Below, piece by piece: positions 9,914-19,297 of a stretch of 37,899 nucleotides of DNA; positions within the stretch are counted from its first letter, which is position 1, and each line of letters opens with the position of its first letter. The notes under the pieces are model-generated. The model saw only the letters and a list, made by a program, of their open reading frames with translations, ran no database searches and was not told the DNA's origin. The translations under genes and the position numbers were made by a program. The DNA is from Alphaproteobacteria bacterium. Its GTDB lineage: Bacteria; Pseudomonadota; Alphaproteobacteria; JACAEB01. The DNA is taken from positions 1-37,899 of the forward strand of contig JACAEB010000155.1 in NCBI GenBank assembly GCA_013389075.1, in the 5' to 3' direction.

Positions 9914-10690
9914 TCACCCGTTCTTGATGATCATCCCGCCATCGACCGGGATCACGGCGCCGTTGAGGAAGGAGGCCGCCGGCAGCACGCAGGACAGCGT
10001 GATGTGCGCCACCTCCTCGGGAATGCCGTAGAGGCGGAGCGGCACGCGGCGCTTGGCGTAGATCTCCTTGTGCTCGTCCGGAATGCCGGCCGTGATGCCC
10101 GTATGGATGGGGCCGGGGCAGATGCAGTTCACCGTCACGCCTTCCGCCCCGAGCTCCACGGCGAGCCCGTGGGTGAGGCCGATGGCGCCGTGCTTGGCGG
10201 CCGCATAGGCCGTGTTGTAGCGCGTGGCGCCGAGACCCTCCGTGGACGCGATATTGACGATGCGGCCCGCCCCCGAACGCTTGAGATGCGGCAGCGCCGC
10301 GCGCGCGAGAACCATCTGCCCCGTGAGCATCACGTCGAGCGAGCGCGCCCAGGCGCCCGGAAAGCCCGCATCCTCGAAGGGGCAGAAGGTCGACAGGCCC
10401 GCATTGTTGATGAGGATGTCGAGCCCGCCAAAGGCCGCGACCACGCCCTCGACCGTGCGCGCGCAGGCCCCCGCATCCGCGACATCGAGCGGAAAGGCCA
10501 TGGCCCTCCCCCCCGCCCCCTCGATCTCCTCGACGAGCGAGGCGAGCCCGTCCGCATTGATGTCGCTCGCGGCCACCATCGCACCTTCCTCGGCGAAGAG
10601 ACGCGCCGTCGCCCGGCCCATGCCGCTTGCCGCGCCCGTGACGAGGGCGACCTTGCCGGCGATCGACCGGCTGAGAGGGGTGTAGGTCAT
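9914..10690 (-). CDS. SDR family oxidoreductase
   Basis: TGAASGMG, NNAG, YAAAK, VDGG. Confidence 0.93.
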   Translation of the reverse strand: MTYTPLSRSIAGKVALVTGAASGMGRATARLFAEEGAMVAASDINADGLASLVEEIEGAGGRAMAFPLDVADAGACARTVEGVVAAFGGLDILINNAGLSTFCPFEDAGFPGAWARSLDVMLTGQMVLARAALPHLKRSGAGRIVNIASTEGLGATRYNTAYAAAKHGAIGLTHGLAVELGAEGVTVNCICPGPIHTGITAGIPDEHKEIYAKRRVPLRLYGIPEEVAHITLSCVLPAASFLNGAVIPVDGGMIIKNG

Positions 10691-10808
10691 GGTTGGCTCC
10701 CTGGAATGGACGGACGGGCAACGGGATGCTTATAGGCGATCTTCCCGTCATCGGTCATGCTGACCCCCGGGGCGCGGGGACGGATCACGAACGGCTGGCG
10801 AGACACTC

Positions 10809-12104
10809 ATGGACGTCCTGATACTCCTTCTCCTCATCCTCTTGAACGGCGTGTTCGCGATGAGCGAGATCGCCATCGTCTCGGCGCGGCGGGTGCGACT
10901 TGCGGCGATGGCCGAGCGGGGCGACCCGGGCGCGGGCGCGGCGATCCGCCTGCAGGAGGACCCGGCCGGCTTCCTCTCGACCGTGCAGATCGGCATCACG
11001 CTGGTGGGCATCCTCGCGGGCGCCTATGGCGCCACGGCGCTCGCGGACGATCTTGCGCCCGTCCTGCGGGAGGGCGTGCCCTCCCTGGAGCCGCAGGCGG
11101 AGGAAATCGCCTTTGCGCTCGTCATCATCGCCACCACGTTTCTGTCTCTCGTCATCGGCGAGCTGGTGCCAAAACGCATCGCCCTGTTCGCGCCCGAGCT
11201 CATCGCGGCCCTCGCCGCCCGCCCGATGGTCCTTCTGTCGCGGGTCGCCGGCCCGGCCGTGTTCGTCCTGCGCACGACATCGAACGGGCTGATCGCCCTT
11301 CTCGGCCTGCGCGAGGGGCAAAGACAGGAGGTCACCGAGGAGGAGATCGCCGCCGTCATCGGCGAGGGCACGTCGAGCGGCGCCATCGACGTCGAGGAAG
11401 AACGCATGATCCGGGGCGTCATGCGCCTTGCCGACCGGGACCTGCGCTCCATCATGACCCCGCGCCCGGAAATGGTCGTCCTCGATGCGGAGAAGCCCTG
11501 GGACGAGACGCTCGCGGCGATCCGGGCGAGCGGGCATTCGCGCTTTCCGCTCATCCGCGGAAGCCTCGTCGACATCGTCGGCATCGTTCAGACCAAGGAT
11601 CTTCTGGTGCGCCCGGACGCGGCGCGACCGGGCGCCCTCGCCGCCGCCGCGCGGCAGGCGATCTTCGTTCCGCAATCGATCTCGGTGCTGCAGCTTCTGG
11701 ATGCCCTCAAGACGAGCGAGGTCCGCATGGCGCTGGTGATCGACGAGCGCGGCGAGGTGCAGGGCCTCGTCACCGCCGCCGACATTCTGGGCGCGATCGC
11801 GGGGCTCGACGCCTTCTCCCCGCGCGACAGCCTCGAAAGGCCCGTGCGGCGGGCGGACGGCTCCTGGCTGATCGACGGACGCATGCCCATCGAGGATCTC
11901 GAGATCCTCCTCTCGATCCCTGATTTCGGCGAGGCGGATGGCGGCTTCACGACGGCGGGCGGCCTCGTCCTGCACGCCCTCGGCCGCCTTCCCGAGCCCG
12001 GCGAGGCCGTGACGGTGCGGGGCATACGGATCGAGGTGCTCGACCTCGACGGGCGGCGGATCGACAAGGTGCTCGTTTCGCGCATGGCGGAACCGGACGG
12101 CTGA
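10809..12104 (+). CDS. Hemolysin/CorC-HlyC family membrane protein (DUF21 + CBS pair + CorC_HlyC)
   Basis: NGVFAMSEIA, FLSTVQIGIT, GELVPK, IMTPR, HSRFP, DGRRIDKV. Confidence 0.93.
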   Translation: MDVLILLLLILLNGVFAMSEIAIVSARRVRLAAMAERGDPGAGAAIRLQEDPAGFLSTVQIGITLVGILAGAYGATALADDLAPVLREGVPSLEPQAEEIAFALVIIATTFLSLVIGELVPKRIALFAPELIAALAARPMVLLSRVAGPAVFVLRTTSNGLIALLGLREGQRQEVTEEEIAAVIGEGTSSGAIDVEEERMIRGVMRLADRDLRSIMTPRPEMVVLDAEKPWDETLAAIRASGHSRFPLIRGSLVDIVGIVQTKDLLVRPDAARPGALAAAARQAIFVPQSISVLQLLDALKTSEVRMALVIDERGEVQGLVTAADILGAIAGLDAFSPRDSLERPVRRADGSWLIDGRMPIEDLEILLSIPDFGEADGGFTTAGGLVLHALGRLPEPGEAVTVRGIRIEVLDLDGRRIDKVLVSRMAEPDG

Positions 12105-12112
12105 CGCCCCGC

Positions 12113-12580
12113 CTAGGTCCCGCCGGAGTCTTCGGGCGCAATGTCGAAATGCAGCACCTCCTCGCGCGTGCCGAGCGCCTCGTAGAGCGCGATGGCGGGC
12201 GGATCGGCATAGTCGGCCTGCACATAGATGACCCAGGCGCCGGTTGCCCGCGCGATCGGCTTCAGTGCCCCGATCAGCGCGGTGGCGACGCCCTGCCGCC
12301 GATGGGCCTCGGCGACGCCGAGGTCGTAGATGTAGATCTCGCTGCGCGCCTGCTCGCCCTTGGCGAGCTCATAGGCGACGAGCCCGCCGATCACCGCCTC
12401 CCCCGCGAAGGCCGCGAGCGCGATGACATGCGGCTTGCCGAGCCAGGCTTCGAGATAGGCGTCGTCCGGCGGGGCCGCTTTGTAGGTTTCGGGGTCCTCG
12501 AACGCCTCCGCGAACAGCGCATTGACGCCCCGCATGGCGGCAAGATCGTCAGGGCCAAGACGGCGGATGGATGGGGACAT
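12113..12580 (-). CDS. AAC(3)-I family aminoglycoside N-acetyltransferase homolog (GNAT)
   Basis: ATG 12580 follows [45 protein letters not shown] and REEVLHFDI match AAC(3)-I signatures as I recall them. Confidence 0.85.
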   Translation of the reverse strand: MSPSIRRLGPDDLAAMRGVNALFAEAFEDPETYKAAPPDDAYLEAWLGKPHVIALAAFAGEAVIGGLVAYELAKGEQARSEIYIYDLGVAEAHRRQGVATALIGALKPIARATGAWVIYVQADYADPPAIALYEALGTREEVLHFDIAPEDSGGT

Positions 12581-12700
12581 GGATTGCCTTTCCTGGACAC
12601 GGAGCGGGCGTGACGCTCTTCGACGGCCGCATTCTGTCATTCGACCTGAGCCGTGACGCAAGCGCGTTCAGGGCGGCTGGGCTCGACGTCATCGATCCGT

Positions 12701-12758
12701 GGGCGGCGGGATGAGGATGCGTGGCGGTGGAATACCGCACGTATCCTGAACGCTGCCC
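12701..12758. other. Long imperfect hairpin immediately downstream of guaA
   Basis: Nested pairings GGGCGGCG/CGCTGCCC, AGGATGCGT/ACGTATCCT and GCGGT/ACCGC around loop GGAAT. No U-tract. Confidence 0.5.
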
Positions 12759-12759
12759 C

Positions 12760-14358
12760 TCATTCCCACTCGATGGTCCCCGGGGGCTTAGAGGTTATGT
12801 CGTAGACGACGCGGTTGATGCCCTTCACCTCGTTGATGATGCGCGTCGCGACGCGGCCGAGGAAATCGTGCGGGAACGGATAATAGTCGGCCGTCATGCC
12901 GTCCGTGGACGTCACGGCGCGCAGGGCGCAGACATGGTCGTAGGAGCGTTCATCGCCCATCACGCCCACGGTCTTGACGGGGAGGAGGACGGCGAAAGCC
13001 TGCCAGATGGCGTCGTAGAGGCCCGTCTTCCGGATCTCGTCGAGATAGATGGCGTCCGCCGCCTGGAGAATCCTGATCTTCTCGCGCGTGATCTCGCCGG
13101 GAAGGCGGATGGCGAGTCCGGGGCCCGGGAAGGGGTGCCGGCCCACGAACTGCTCCGGCAGGCCCATCTCGCGTCCGAGCGCGCGCACCTCGTCCTTGAA
13201 GAGCTCGCGCAAGGGTTCGACGAGCTTCATGTTCATGCGCTCGGGCAGCCCGCCCACATTGTGGTGCGACTTGATCGTCACCGACGGCCCGCCGGTGAAG
13301 GAGACGCTCTCGATCACGTCCGGATAGAGCGTGCCCTGCGCGAGAAAGCCCGCGCCGCCGATCCTGCCGGCCTCGGCCTCGAAGATGTCTATGAAGGTGG
13401 CGCCGATGGTCTTGCGCTTCACCTCGGGGTCGGTGACGCCCTCGAGCTTGCCGAGGAAGGTATCGGCGGCATTCACATGGACGAGCGGAATGTTGAAATG
13501 GCCCTTGAAGAGGCGCACCACCTCCTCGGCCTCGCCCCCGCGCAGGAGACCCGTATCGACGAAGATGCAGGTGAGCGCCTCGCCCACCGCCTCGTGCACG
13601 AGCTTGGCCGTGACGGCCGAATCGACGCCTCCGGACAATCCGCACACGACGCGGCCCTGCCCCACCTGGGCCCTGATCTTCTCGATCTCGGCGGCCCGGA
13701 AGGCGCGCATGGTCCAGTTGCCCTTGGCGCCGCAGATCCCGTGCGTGAAATTGCGCAGGAGCTTGGAGCCGTCGGGCGTGTGCACCACTTCAGGGTGGAA
13801 CTGCACGCCATAGAGGCGCCGGCGCTCGTCGGCGATGGCGGCGAAGGGCGCCCCCTCGCTCGTGCCCACGACCTCGAAACCCTGCGGGATCGCGATGACG
13901 CGGTCGCCATGGCTCATCCAGACCTGGTGGCGCTCGCCCGGCGCCCACACGCCCTCGAAGAGGGCCGAGGGGCGGACGATGTGGAGGAAGGCGCGGCCGA
14001 ATTCGCGATGATCGCCCGCCTCGACCCGCCCGCCGAGCCGGGCGCAGAGGGTCTGTTCGCCATAGCAGATGCCGAGCACCGGCAGGCCCGCCTCGAGAAG
14101 GGCGGGATCGACCTGCGGCGCGCCCGCGCCGATCACGCTCGCCGGGCCGCCCGAGAGGATGATGCCGAGGGGCTCGAGCCGGGGCAGCGCGGCCGCCGCC
14201 TTGTCGAAGGGCACGATCTCGCAATAGACGCCGCTCTCGCGCACCCGGCGCGCGATGAGCTGGGTGACCTGGCTGCCGAAATCGACGATGAGGATGGTTT
14301 CGCCAGCGCCCGGGAGGGAGGATCCCCCTTGGGCGTGCGGAGCGGACTTGGTCTGCAT
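12760..14358 (-). CDS. guaA: GMP synthase (glutamine-hydrolysing)
   Basis: [41 protein letters not shown]. Confidence 0.99.
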   Translation of the reverse strand: MQTKSAPHAQGGSSLPGAGETILIVDFGSQVTQLIARRVRESGVYCEIVPFDKAAAALPRLEPLGIILSGGPASVIGAGAPQVDPALLEAGLPVLGICYGEQTLCARLGGRVEAGDHREFGRAFLHIVRPSALFEGVWAPGERHQVWMSHGDRVIAIPQGFEVVGTSEGAPFAAIADERRRLYGVQFHPEVVHTPDGSKLLRNFTHGICGAKGNWTMRAFRAAEIEKIRAQVGQGRVVCGLSGGVDSAVTAKLVHEAVGEALTCIFVDTGLLRGGEAEEVVRLFKGHFNIPLVHVNAADTFLGKLEGVTDPEVKRKTIGATFIDIFEAEAGRIGGAGFLAQGTLYPDVIESVSFTGGPSVTIKSHHNVGGLPERMNMKLVEPLRELFKDEVRALGREMGLPEQFVGRHPFPGPGLAIRLPGEITREKIRILQAADAIYLDEIRKTGLYDAIWQAFAVLLPVKTVGVMGDERSYDHVCALRAVTSTDGMTADYYPFPHDFLGRVATRIINEVKGINRVVYDITSKPPGTIEWE

Positions 14359-14450
14359 GGAACCTCGCGGGCGCGATCGTCAGGGCCGGCGGGCCCGACC
14401 CTGTAAAGATCGGAAGTCGCGCCCGCAGGTCAAGCGATTCGCCGCGCCGC

Positions 14451-15014
14451 TCAGCCGCCCGAGCCCTCGAGGCCGCGCATCCGGTCGAGATCGGCCGCCT
14501 GCGCCGCCGCGCCCGGGCGATCGTCCATCATGTCCTTGAGGCGGCGATAGGACTCGCACTCCCCGCAGATGCGCGCGAGCCGGTCGAGCTTGGCCTGGGC
14601 CGAGGTGAGGTCGTTGCCGGCGAGGTCGAGCTCGCCCGACCATCCGAGCGCGGAGGTTTCCTGCGGATCGATGACGAGGGCCGTGCCGTAGAACTTGCGC
14701 GCGCGGGGCTCGTCGCCGGTCGTCTGATAGGCACGGGCCATGAGGCTGAACGCCGCCGCATTCGAGGGATCGGCGGCGACCGCCGATTCCAGCACGTGCC
14801 GCGCCGTGTCCGCATCGCCCGCCTGGAGCGCCTCGGAGCCGAGCCGCGTGAGGTCGCGCGACACGAGCTGGTATTCCCGCGCCGTGCCGTCCGCCTTCAC
14901 CGCTCCGCCGGGTCCCGCCACGAGACCGATCCCGGCCGCCATGGCCCCCGTCAGCGCCAGCGCGGCAAGCCGCCGCCGCACGCCCCGACCCGATTGCTCA
15001 ACCTTGTCCTGCAT
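14451..15014 (-). CDS. Exported tetratricopeptide repeat protein (start uncertain: 15014 or 15091)
   Basis: RRR followed by a hydrophobic signal, TPR-like A..DP motifs and C-terminal CGEC. Confidence 0.75.
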   Translation of the reverse strand: MQDKVEQSGRGVRRRLAALALTGAMAAGIGLVAGPGGAVKADGTAREYQLVSRDLTRLGSEALQAGDADTARHVLESAVAADPSNAAAFSLMARAYQTTGDEPRARKFYGTALVIDPQETSALGWSGELDLAGNDLTSAQAKLDRLARICGECESYRRLKDMMDDRPGAAAQAADLDRMRGLEGSGG

Positions 15015-15337
15015 GATCCGCCCACTGGTCCCTGTCTGTCGCCGCTGCCGCTTCGCGCGGGCTCTGGCGTCTGGCTCCCCCGGGTCGCGCATGCCCTTGT
15101 CCCGTTCGGGTTTCGCGGATCCGGTCGCGGATCCGGGGCGGCCTCTCCCGCCGCCCGCGCCCGCACATGTCGGGCAGGATCGGCAGCAAGGATGGCCAAA
15201 GCGTGACCGCCTCTTCCGTTGATTTGAGGCTCCTTCGCCACCCCGCGTCAAGCATCGCCCCTCGTCCAGCCTCTCTTAACCGGGGCGCCTTAGGCTTTCG
15301 CCCTGCCGGAGAGGGCCGGCAGGGGGCGGAGGCAGGT

Positions 15338-16330
15338 ATGCGGCGTATTTTCGCACGGCTCCGGCGCGGGGGGCAGGCGCACGGCGGCGAGGCGGTCCTC
15401 GGCAACGAGGCCATCGACCGCGCGCTCGAGGAAGGCCAGTTCGGCATTGCCGGGCAGCCACTGATTCGCCTCGGGGACGCGGCCATTCTCGGCGGCGAGG
15501 CCTATGCCCGCTGGCGCCATCCCGCCCTCGGCGAGCTTGCCGCGGCGGGCTTTCTGCCCCTTCTCGACGCGCAGGGCCGGGCCTGCGAGCTGACGCGGAT
15601 CGTTCTCGACGAGGCGCTCGCCTGGGCCGCCGCCTGGGCGCGGGCGGGACGCGACTGGCGCATCGCCCTCAATCTCGGTCCGGGCGATCTCCTCGACACG
15701 ACCTTTCTGCCCGCGCTCGAACAGCGTCTGAACTGCCGCGATCTCGCCCCCGACCGGCTCGTCCTCGACCTGCCCGCGCGCTTTCTCCTCGAGGCGCCGC
15801 TCGGCGCGCTCTCCACCTATCGCGGTCTCCGGGCGCTCGGGGTGGGGATCGCGCTCGACGGCCCGCCCATCCCCCTTCCGGCGCTGGAGACGCTCGCTCC
15901 GGGCGCTGGCGGCTTCCTGAAACTTCACCGCCGCCATGTGCCCGGGTTCGATGCCGAGGACGATCCCCTCGCCGCGCAGGGCGTCGCGGAACTGATGACG
16001 GGCGCGCGCGCCCGGGGGCTCGGCACGGTGCTGGTGGGGCTCGAAACCGAGGGCGAGCTCGACAAGGCCGAGGGTCTCGGCTTTTCCCATGTCATGGGCC
16101 ATCACCTCTGCCCCGCTGTCGGCTATGGGGGGTTCGAGGCCTGGGCGCGGCTCTGGGCGGGCGAGGCGCTCGGCCCGGCGCTCATCGAGCGCGATGCCGA
16201 ACGTCCCCCGCTCGCCGACGCGCCCCACCCCGTCCACGCCATGCAGGCGCGGCTGCGCGCGCTTCTCACCGCCGAGGCGATGGCCGAGGACGGGCCGGCA
16301 CATGACCCACGCGCGGAGGCGACAGGCTGA
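15338..16330 (+). CDS. Stand-alone degenerate EAL domain protein
   Basis: ATG 15338 follows GGAGG. QP, EAYARW, ALNL, IALD and GLET are recognisable, but catalytic motifs are altered. Confidence 0.8.
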   Translation: MRRIFARLRRGGQAHGGEAVLGNEAIDRALEEGQFGIAGQPLIRLGDAAILGGEAYARWRHPALGELAAAGFLPLLDAQGRACELTRIVLDEALAWAAAWARAGRDWRIALNLGPGDLLDTTFLPALEQRLNCRDLAPDRLVLDLPARFLLEAPLGALSTYRGLRALGVGIALDGPPIPLPALETLAPGAGGFLKLHRRHVPGFDAEDDPLAAQGVAELMTGARARGLGTVLVGLETEGELDKAEGLGFSHVMGHHLCPAVGYGGFEAWARLWAGEALGPALIERDAERPPLADAPHPVHAMQARLRALLTAEAMAEDGPAHDPRAEATG

Positions 16331-16415
16331 GCCCTGTCCGATTGTCCCTTCCGCTGCGCGCCCTCCTGGCCGATCATGGGGCAAAATCAGGATCCGGCCA
16401 GGGAGGATACGGAAC

Positions 16416-17657
16416 ATGCTGAAGGGATTGCGGGTGGTCGAGCTTGCCACCTATGTGGCAGCGCCCGCCGCGGGCGGACTTCTCGCGGACTGGGGCGCCG
16501 AGGTGATCAAGGTCGAGCCGCCGGGCGGCGATCCGATGCGCAAGTTCTTCGGCTCGATCGGCGCCGACAGCCATGGGAACCCGGTCTTCGAGCTCGACAA
16601 TCGCGGCAAGCGGGCGCTCGCCGTCAATACCGGGACGGACGAGGGCGCCAGGATCGTGAAGGATCTCGCCCGCACCGCCGACGTGCTCCTCACCAATGTG
16701 CGGCTCAAGAGCCTCAAGCGCTCGGGGCTCGACTATGCCTCGCTCCGGGCGGAGAACCCGCGTCTCGTCTATGCGATCGTCACCGGCTACGGGCTCGAGG
16801 GGGCGGATGCCGACCGTCCCGGCTTCGACATGGCCGCCTTCTGGTCACGCTCGGGGCTTGCCCGCCTCTTCGCGCCGAAGGGGCAGGACCCGATCCCGCT
16901 GCGCACCGCGCTCGGCGACCATGTCACCTCGCTCGCGACGGTCGGCGGAATCCTCGCCGCCCTCTATGAGCGCGAGCGGACGGGGCGCGGCCGGCTCGTC
17001 GAGACCTCGCTCCTGCGCACCGGCATCTATGCCATGGGCTCGGACATGGCGATCCAGCTCCGGCTCGGGCGCGTTGCCTCGACACGGCCGCGCGAGGAGG
17101 CGGTCAATCCGCTCACGAACTTCTTCCGCACCCGCGACGGGCACTGGATCAACCTGATCCCCCGTCAGGGCAATGTCGATTTCGCCGACTTCGCCAAGGC
17201 GGCCGGCCATCCCGAATGGGTCGTGGACCCGCGCTTCGCCGACAGCCGCAGCCGGCGCCAGCACGGGGCGGAGCTCGTGGCCGAGATCGACGCCGCCTTC
17301 GCCGAGCACGATCTCGTCTCCTGGCGCGAGCGGCTCGACAAGGCCGATCTCGTCTGGGCACCCGTCCAGACATTGGCCGAGGTCGCCGAAGACGCGCAGG
17401 CCGTGGCGGCCGGCGCCTTCTACGACGTTCCGCACAAGGACGGCGCGCTCCTGCGCTCGCCCGCTAGCCCGGTGCGCTTCCACAACGATCCGGATGCGGA
17501 GAGCGTGGGCGCGGGCGGCCGCTTCGCGGACGGACCGCGCGGTCCCTCGCCCGATTTCGGCGAGCATACGCGCGCAGTGCTCGAGGAGCTGGGCTATGAC
17601 GGCTCCACGATCGATCGTCTGGCGCAGGGCGGGATCATCGCTCTCGGCCAGAGCTAG
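16416..17657 (+). CDS. CaiB/BaiF family III CoA transferase
   Basis: ATG 16416 follows GGGAGGA. LADWGAEVIKVEPPGGDPMR, NRGKR, NPRLVY, ALGD, GEHT. Confidence 0.95.
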   Translation: MLKGLRVVELATYVAAPAAGGLLADWGAEVIKVEPPGGDPMRKFFGSIGADSHGNPVFELDNRGKRALAVNTGTDEGARIVKDLARTADVLLTNVRLKSLKRSGLDYASLRAENPRLVYAIVTGYGLEGADADRPGFDMAAFWSRSGLARLFAPKGQDPIPLRTALGDHVTSLATVGGILAALYERERTGRGRLVETSLLRTGIYAMGSDMAIQLRLGRVASTRPREEAVNPLTNFFRTRDGHWINLIPRQGNVDFADFAKAAGHPEWVVDPRFADSRSRRQHGAELVAEIDAAFAEHDLVSWRERLDKADLVWAPVQTLAEVAEDAQAVAAGAFYDVPHKDGALLRSPASPVRFHNDPDAESVGAGGRFADGPRGPSPDFGEHTRAVLEELGYDGSTIDRLAQGGIIALGQS

Positions 17658-17724
17658 GGAGGGGGGTCCCGCTCCCGCCCTCCCGGCCTGGAGGCTCCGG
17701 GCGGACACGCCGCCGTGTACGGAG

Positions 17725-18312
17725 CTACCTCCGGGCCGGGCGCAGCATGGCATAGAGCGTGGGCGAGCGGTCGGACCGGATCTCGCCGATCGTCTCGAAG
17801 CCGTGCCGCTCATAGAGGCTCATATTGCGGGGGTTCGAGGATTCGAGATAGGCCGGCAGCCCCTCGCCATCGCAGCGCGCCAGCGTGTGCTTGAGCAGCG
17901 CCGCGCCCAGCCCCCGCCCCATGAAGGCAGGGTCCGCCGCGATCATGGCGAGGTACCAGTGCGGCTCCTCGGGGTGGAAGGCGGCCATCTTCTCCATCAG
18001 CACCGCCACGTCCTCGAGCCGCTCGGGCGCGACATGGGCCACCGCCGTCTCCGCAAGGCGCTCCTCGTCCGGTCCGACGCCGGGCGGAAACCAGAGCGCC
18101 GCCGCCCGCCCGCCCTCGGCGAGGAAAGCGGTTCCGGCGGCAAAGGCCGGGCCGCCGAACGCGGCGGTGAAGACCGGCATGGTGGTGACATAGGCATCCG
18201 CGTCCGGCCAGAGCCAGCGCGTCATCGGATCGGCCGAAAAGCCGAGAGTCATGATGCGCCCGATCCGCTCGCGATCCGCGGGTCCGGCCTCCTCCACGAC
18301 GGGGATGGACAT
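17725..18312 (-). CDS. GNAT N-acetyltransferase (puromycin acetyltransferase-like)
   Basis: ATG 18312 follows AAGGAGG. HWYLAMIA..P..MGRGLG, AYLESSNPRN..LYERHGF. Confidence 0.88.
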   Translation of the reverse strand: MSIPVVEEAGPADRERIGRIMTLGFSADPMTRWLWPDADAYVTTMPVFTAAFGGPAFAAGTAFLAEGGRAAALWFPPGVGPDEERLAETAVAHVAPERLEDVAVLMEKMAAFHPEEPHWYLAMIAADPAFMGRGLGAALLKHTLARCDGEGLPAYLESSNPRNMSLYERHGFETIGEIRSDRSPTLYAMLRPARR

Positions 18313-18403
18313 GGCGTGGCCTCCTTCCTGATGGGCGGGCGCCGGGGCTCGCCCGGCAGGGGGCATCCTGCACCGATCGGGCGCCCGCGCCCAGCCGGGC
18401 CGC

Positions 18404-19189
18404 TCAGCCCAGGCTCTGCCCGTCATCCAGTGTGAGGAGCGTTCCCGTGATGAACCGGCTCGCGGGCGACACGAGGAGGAGAAGGGCGCCATCGAGATCG
18501 GCGGGCTCGCCGAGGCGCCGACGGGGAAATCGCCCGAGCTGCTTTTCGCCGGCCGGGCTCGCGAAGTGCTCGGCATTGATCTCGGTAAGGAGGTAACCGG
18601 GCAGCAGCGCGTTGACGTTGATCCCGTGGCGCGCCCATTCGCGGGCCATCACCCGTGTCATCTGCGCGAGCGCGGCCTTGGTGGTCGCATAGCCCGCAAT
18701 GCCCGGCACGGTCATGACGGCGGTGATGGAGGCGACGTTGACGATGCGCCCCTCGATGCCGGCCTCGATCATGCGCCGTGCGACCTCGCGGGCGGCGATG
18801 AAGGGGCCGCGCACATTGGTCGCGAGCATGGCGTCGAGATCCTCGAGCGAGGCGCTGAGGGCGGGCGCGCCGATGCCGATGCCGGCATTGTTGACGAGGA
18901 TCGAGATCGGCCCCAGGTCCGCGCCCACCGCATCGATGACCGAAACGATGCTGTCCGCATCCGTGACGTCGAGGGCGTAGCTGGCCGAGCGCCCGCCCCG
19001 CGCCCTGATCCGCTCGGCGAGCGGGGCGAGTCGCTCGGTGCGCCGGCCCGTCAGCGCCACGGCGGCGCCGCAGGCCGCCAGCACTTCGGCAAAGCGCGCG
19101 CCGATGCCGCTCGTGGTTCCAGTGACGAGCGCGACCTCGCCCGAAAGATCGGTGGAGAAGCGGGGGAGCATGTCCGGAGCGGTCGTCAT
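18404..19189 (-). CDS. SDR family oxidoreductase
   Basis: TGTTSGIG, NNAG, YATTK, DDGQ. The upstream part of ORF 18404..20176 is antisense to the next gene. Confidence 0.92.
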   Translation of the reverse strand: MTTAPDMLPRFSTDLSGEVALVTGTTSGIGARFAEVLAACGAAVALTGRRTERLAPLAERIRARGGRSASYALDVTDADSIVSVIDAVGADLGPISILVNNAGIGIGAPALSASLEDLDAMLATNVRGPFIAAREVARRMIEAGIEGRIVNVASITAVMTVPGIAGYATTKAALAQMTRVMAREWARHGINVNALLPGYLLTEINAEHFASPAGEKQLGRFPRRRLGEPADLDGALLLLVSPASRFITGTLLTLDDGQSLG

Positions 19190-19297
19190 GGCAGGGTCCT
19201 CGTCTCGTCTCTCGACGCCGGGCGGCGCTACGGGGCACAGTAGGCAAATACGCGCCGGAGAGCGCAAGCCGACCCCCCCGGGAGGAGACGAAGACCG

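Noticed and set aside
12630-12640. 11-mer CATTCTGTCAT also present at 29600-29610, both upstream of minus-strand genes
   Set aside because: An 11-nt match is expected by chance in 38 kb, and the distances to the start codons differ.
12664-12758. Possible integron attC site next to the aac(3)-I-like gene
   Set aside because: The GTT and AAC boxes are in the wrong order and do not fit RYYYAAC/GTTRRRY. The structure is upstream of the gene and no integrase is present.
15276-15293. Possible CtrA site (TTAA...TTAG) between the TPR and EAL genes
   Set aside because: Half-site spacing is 10 nt, not the TTAA-N7-TTAA consensus.
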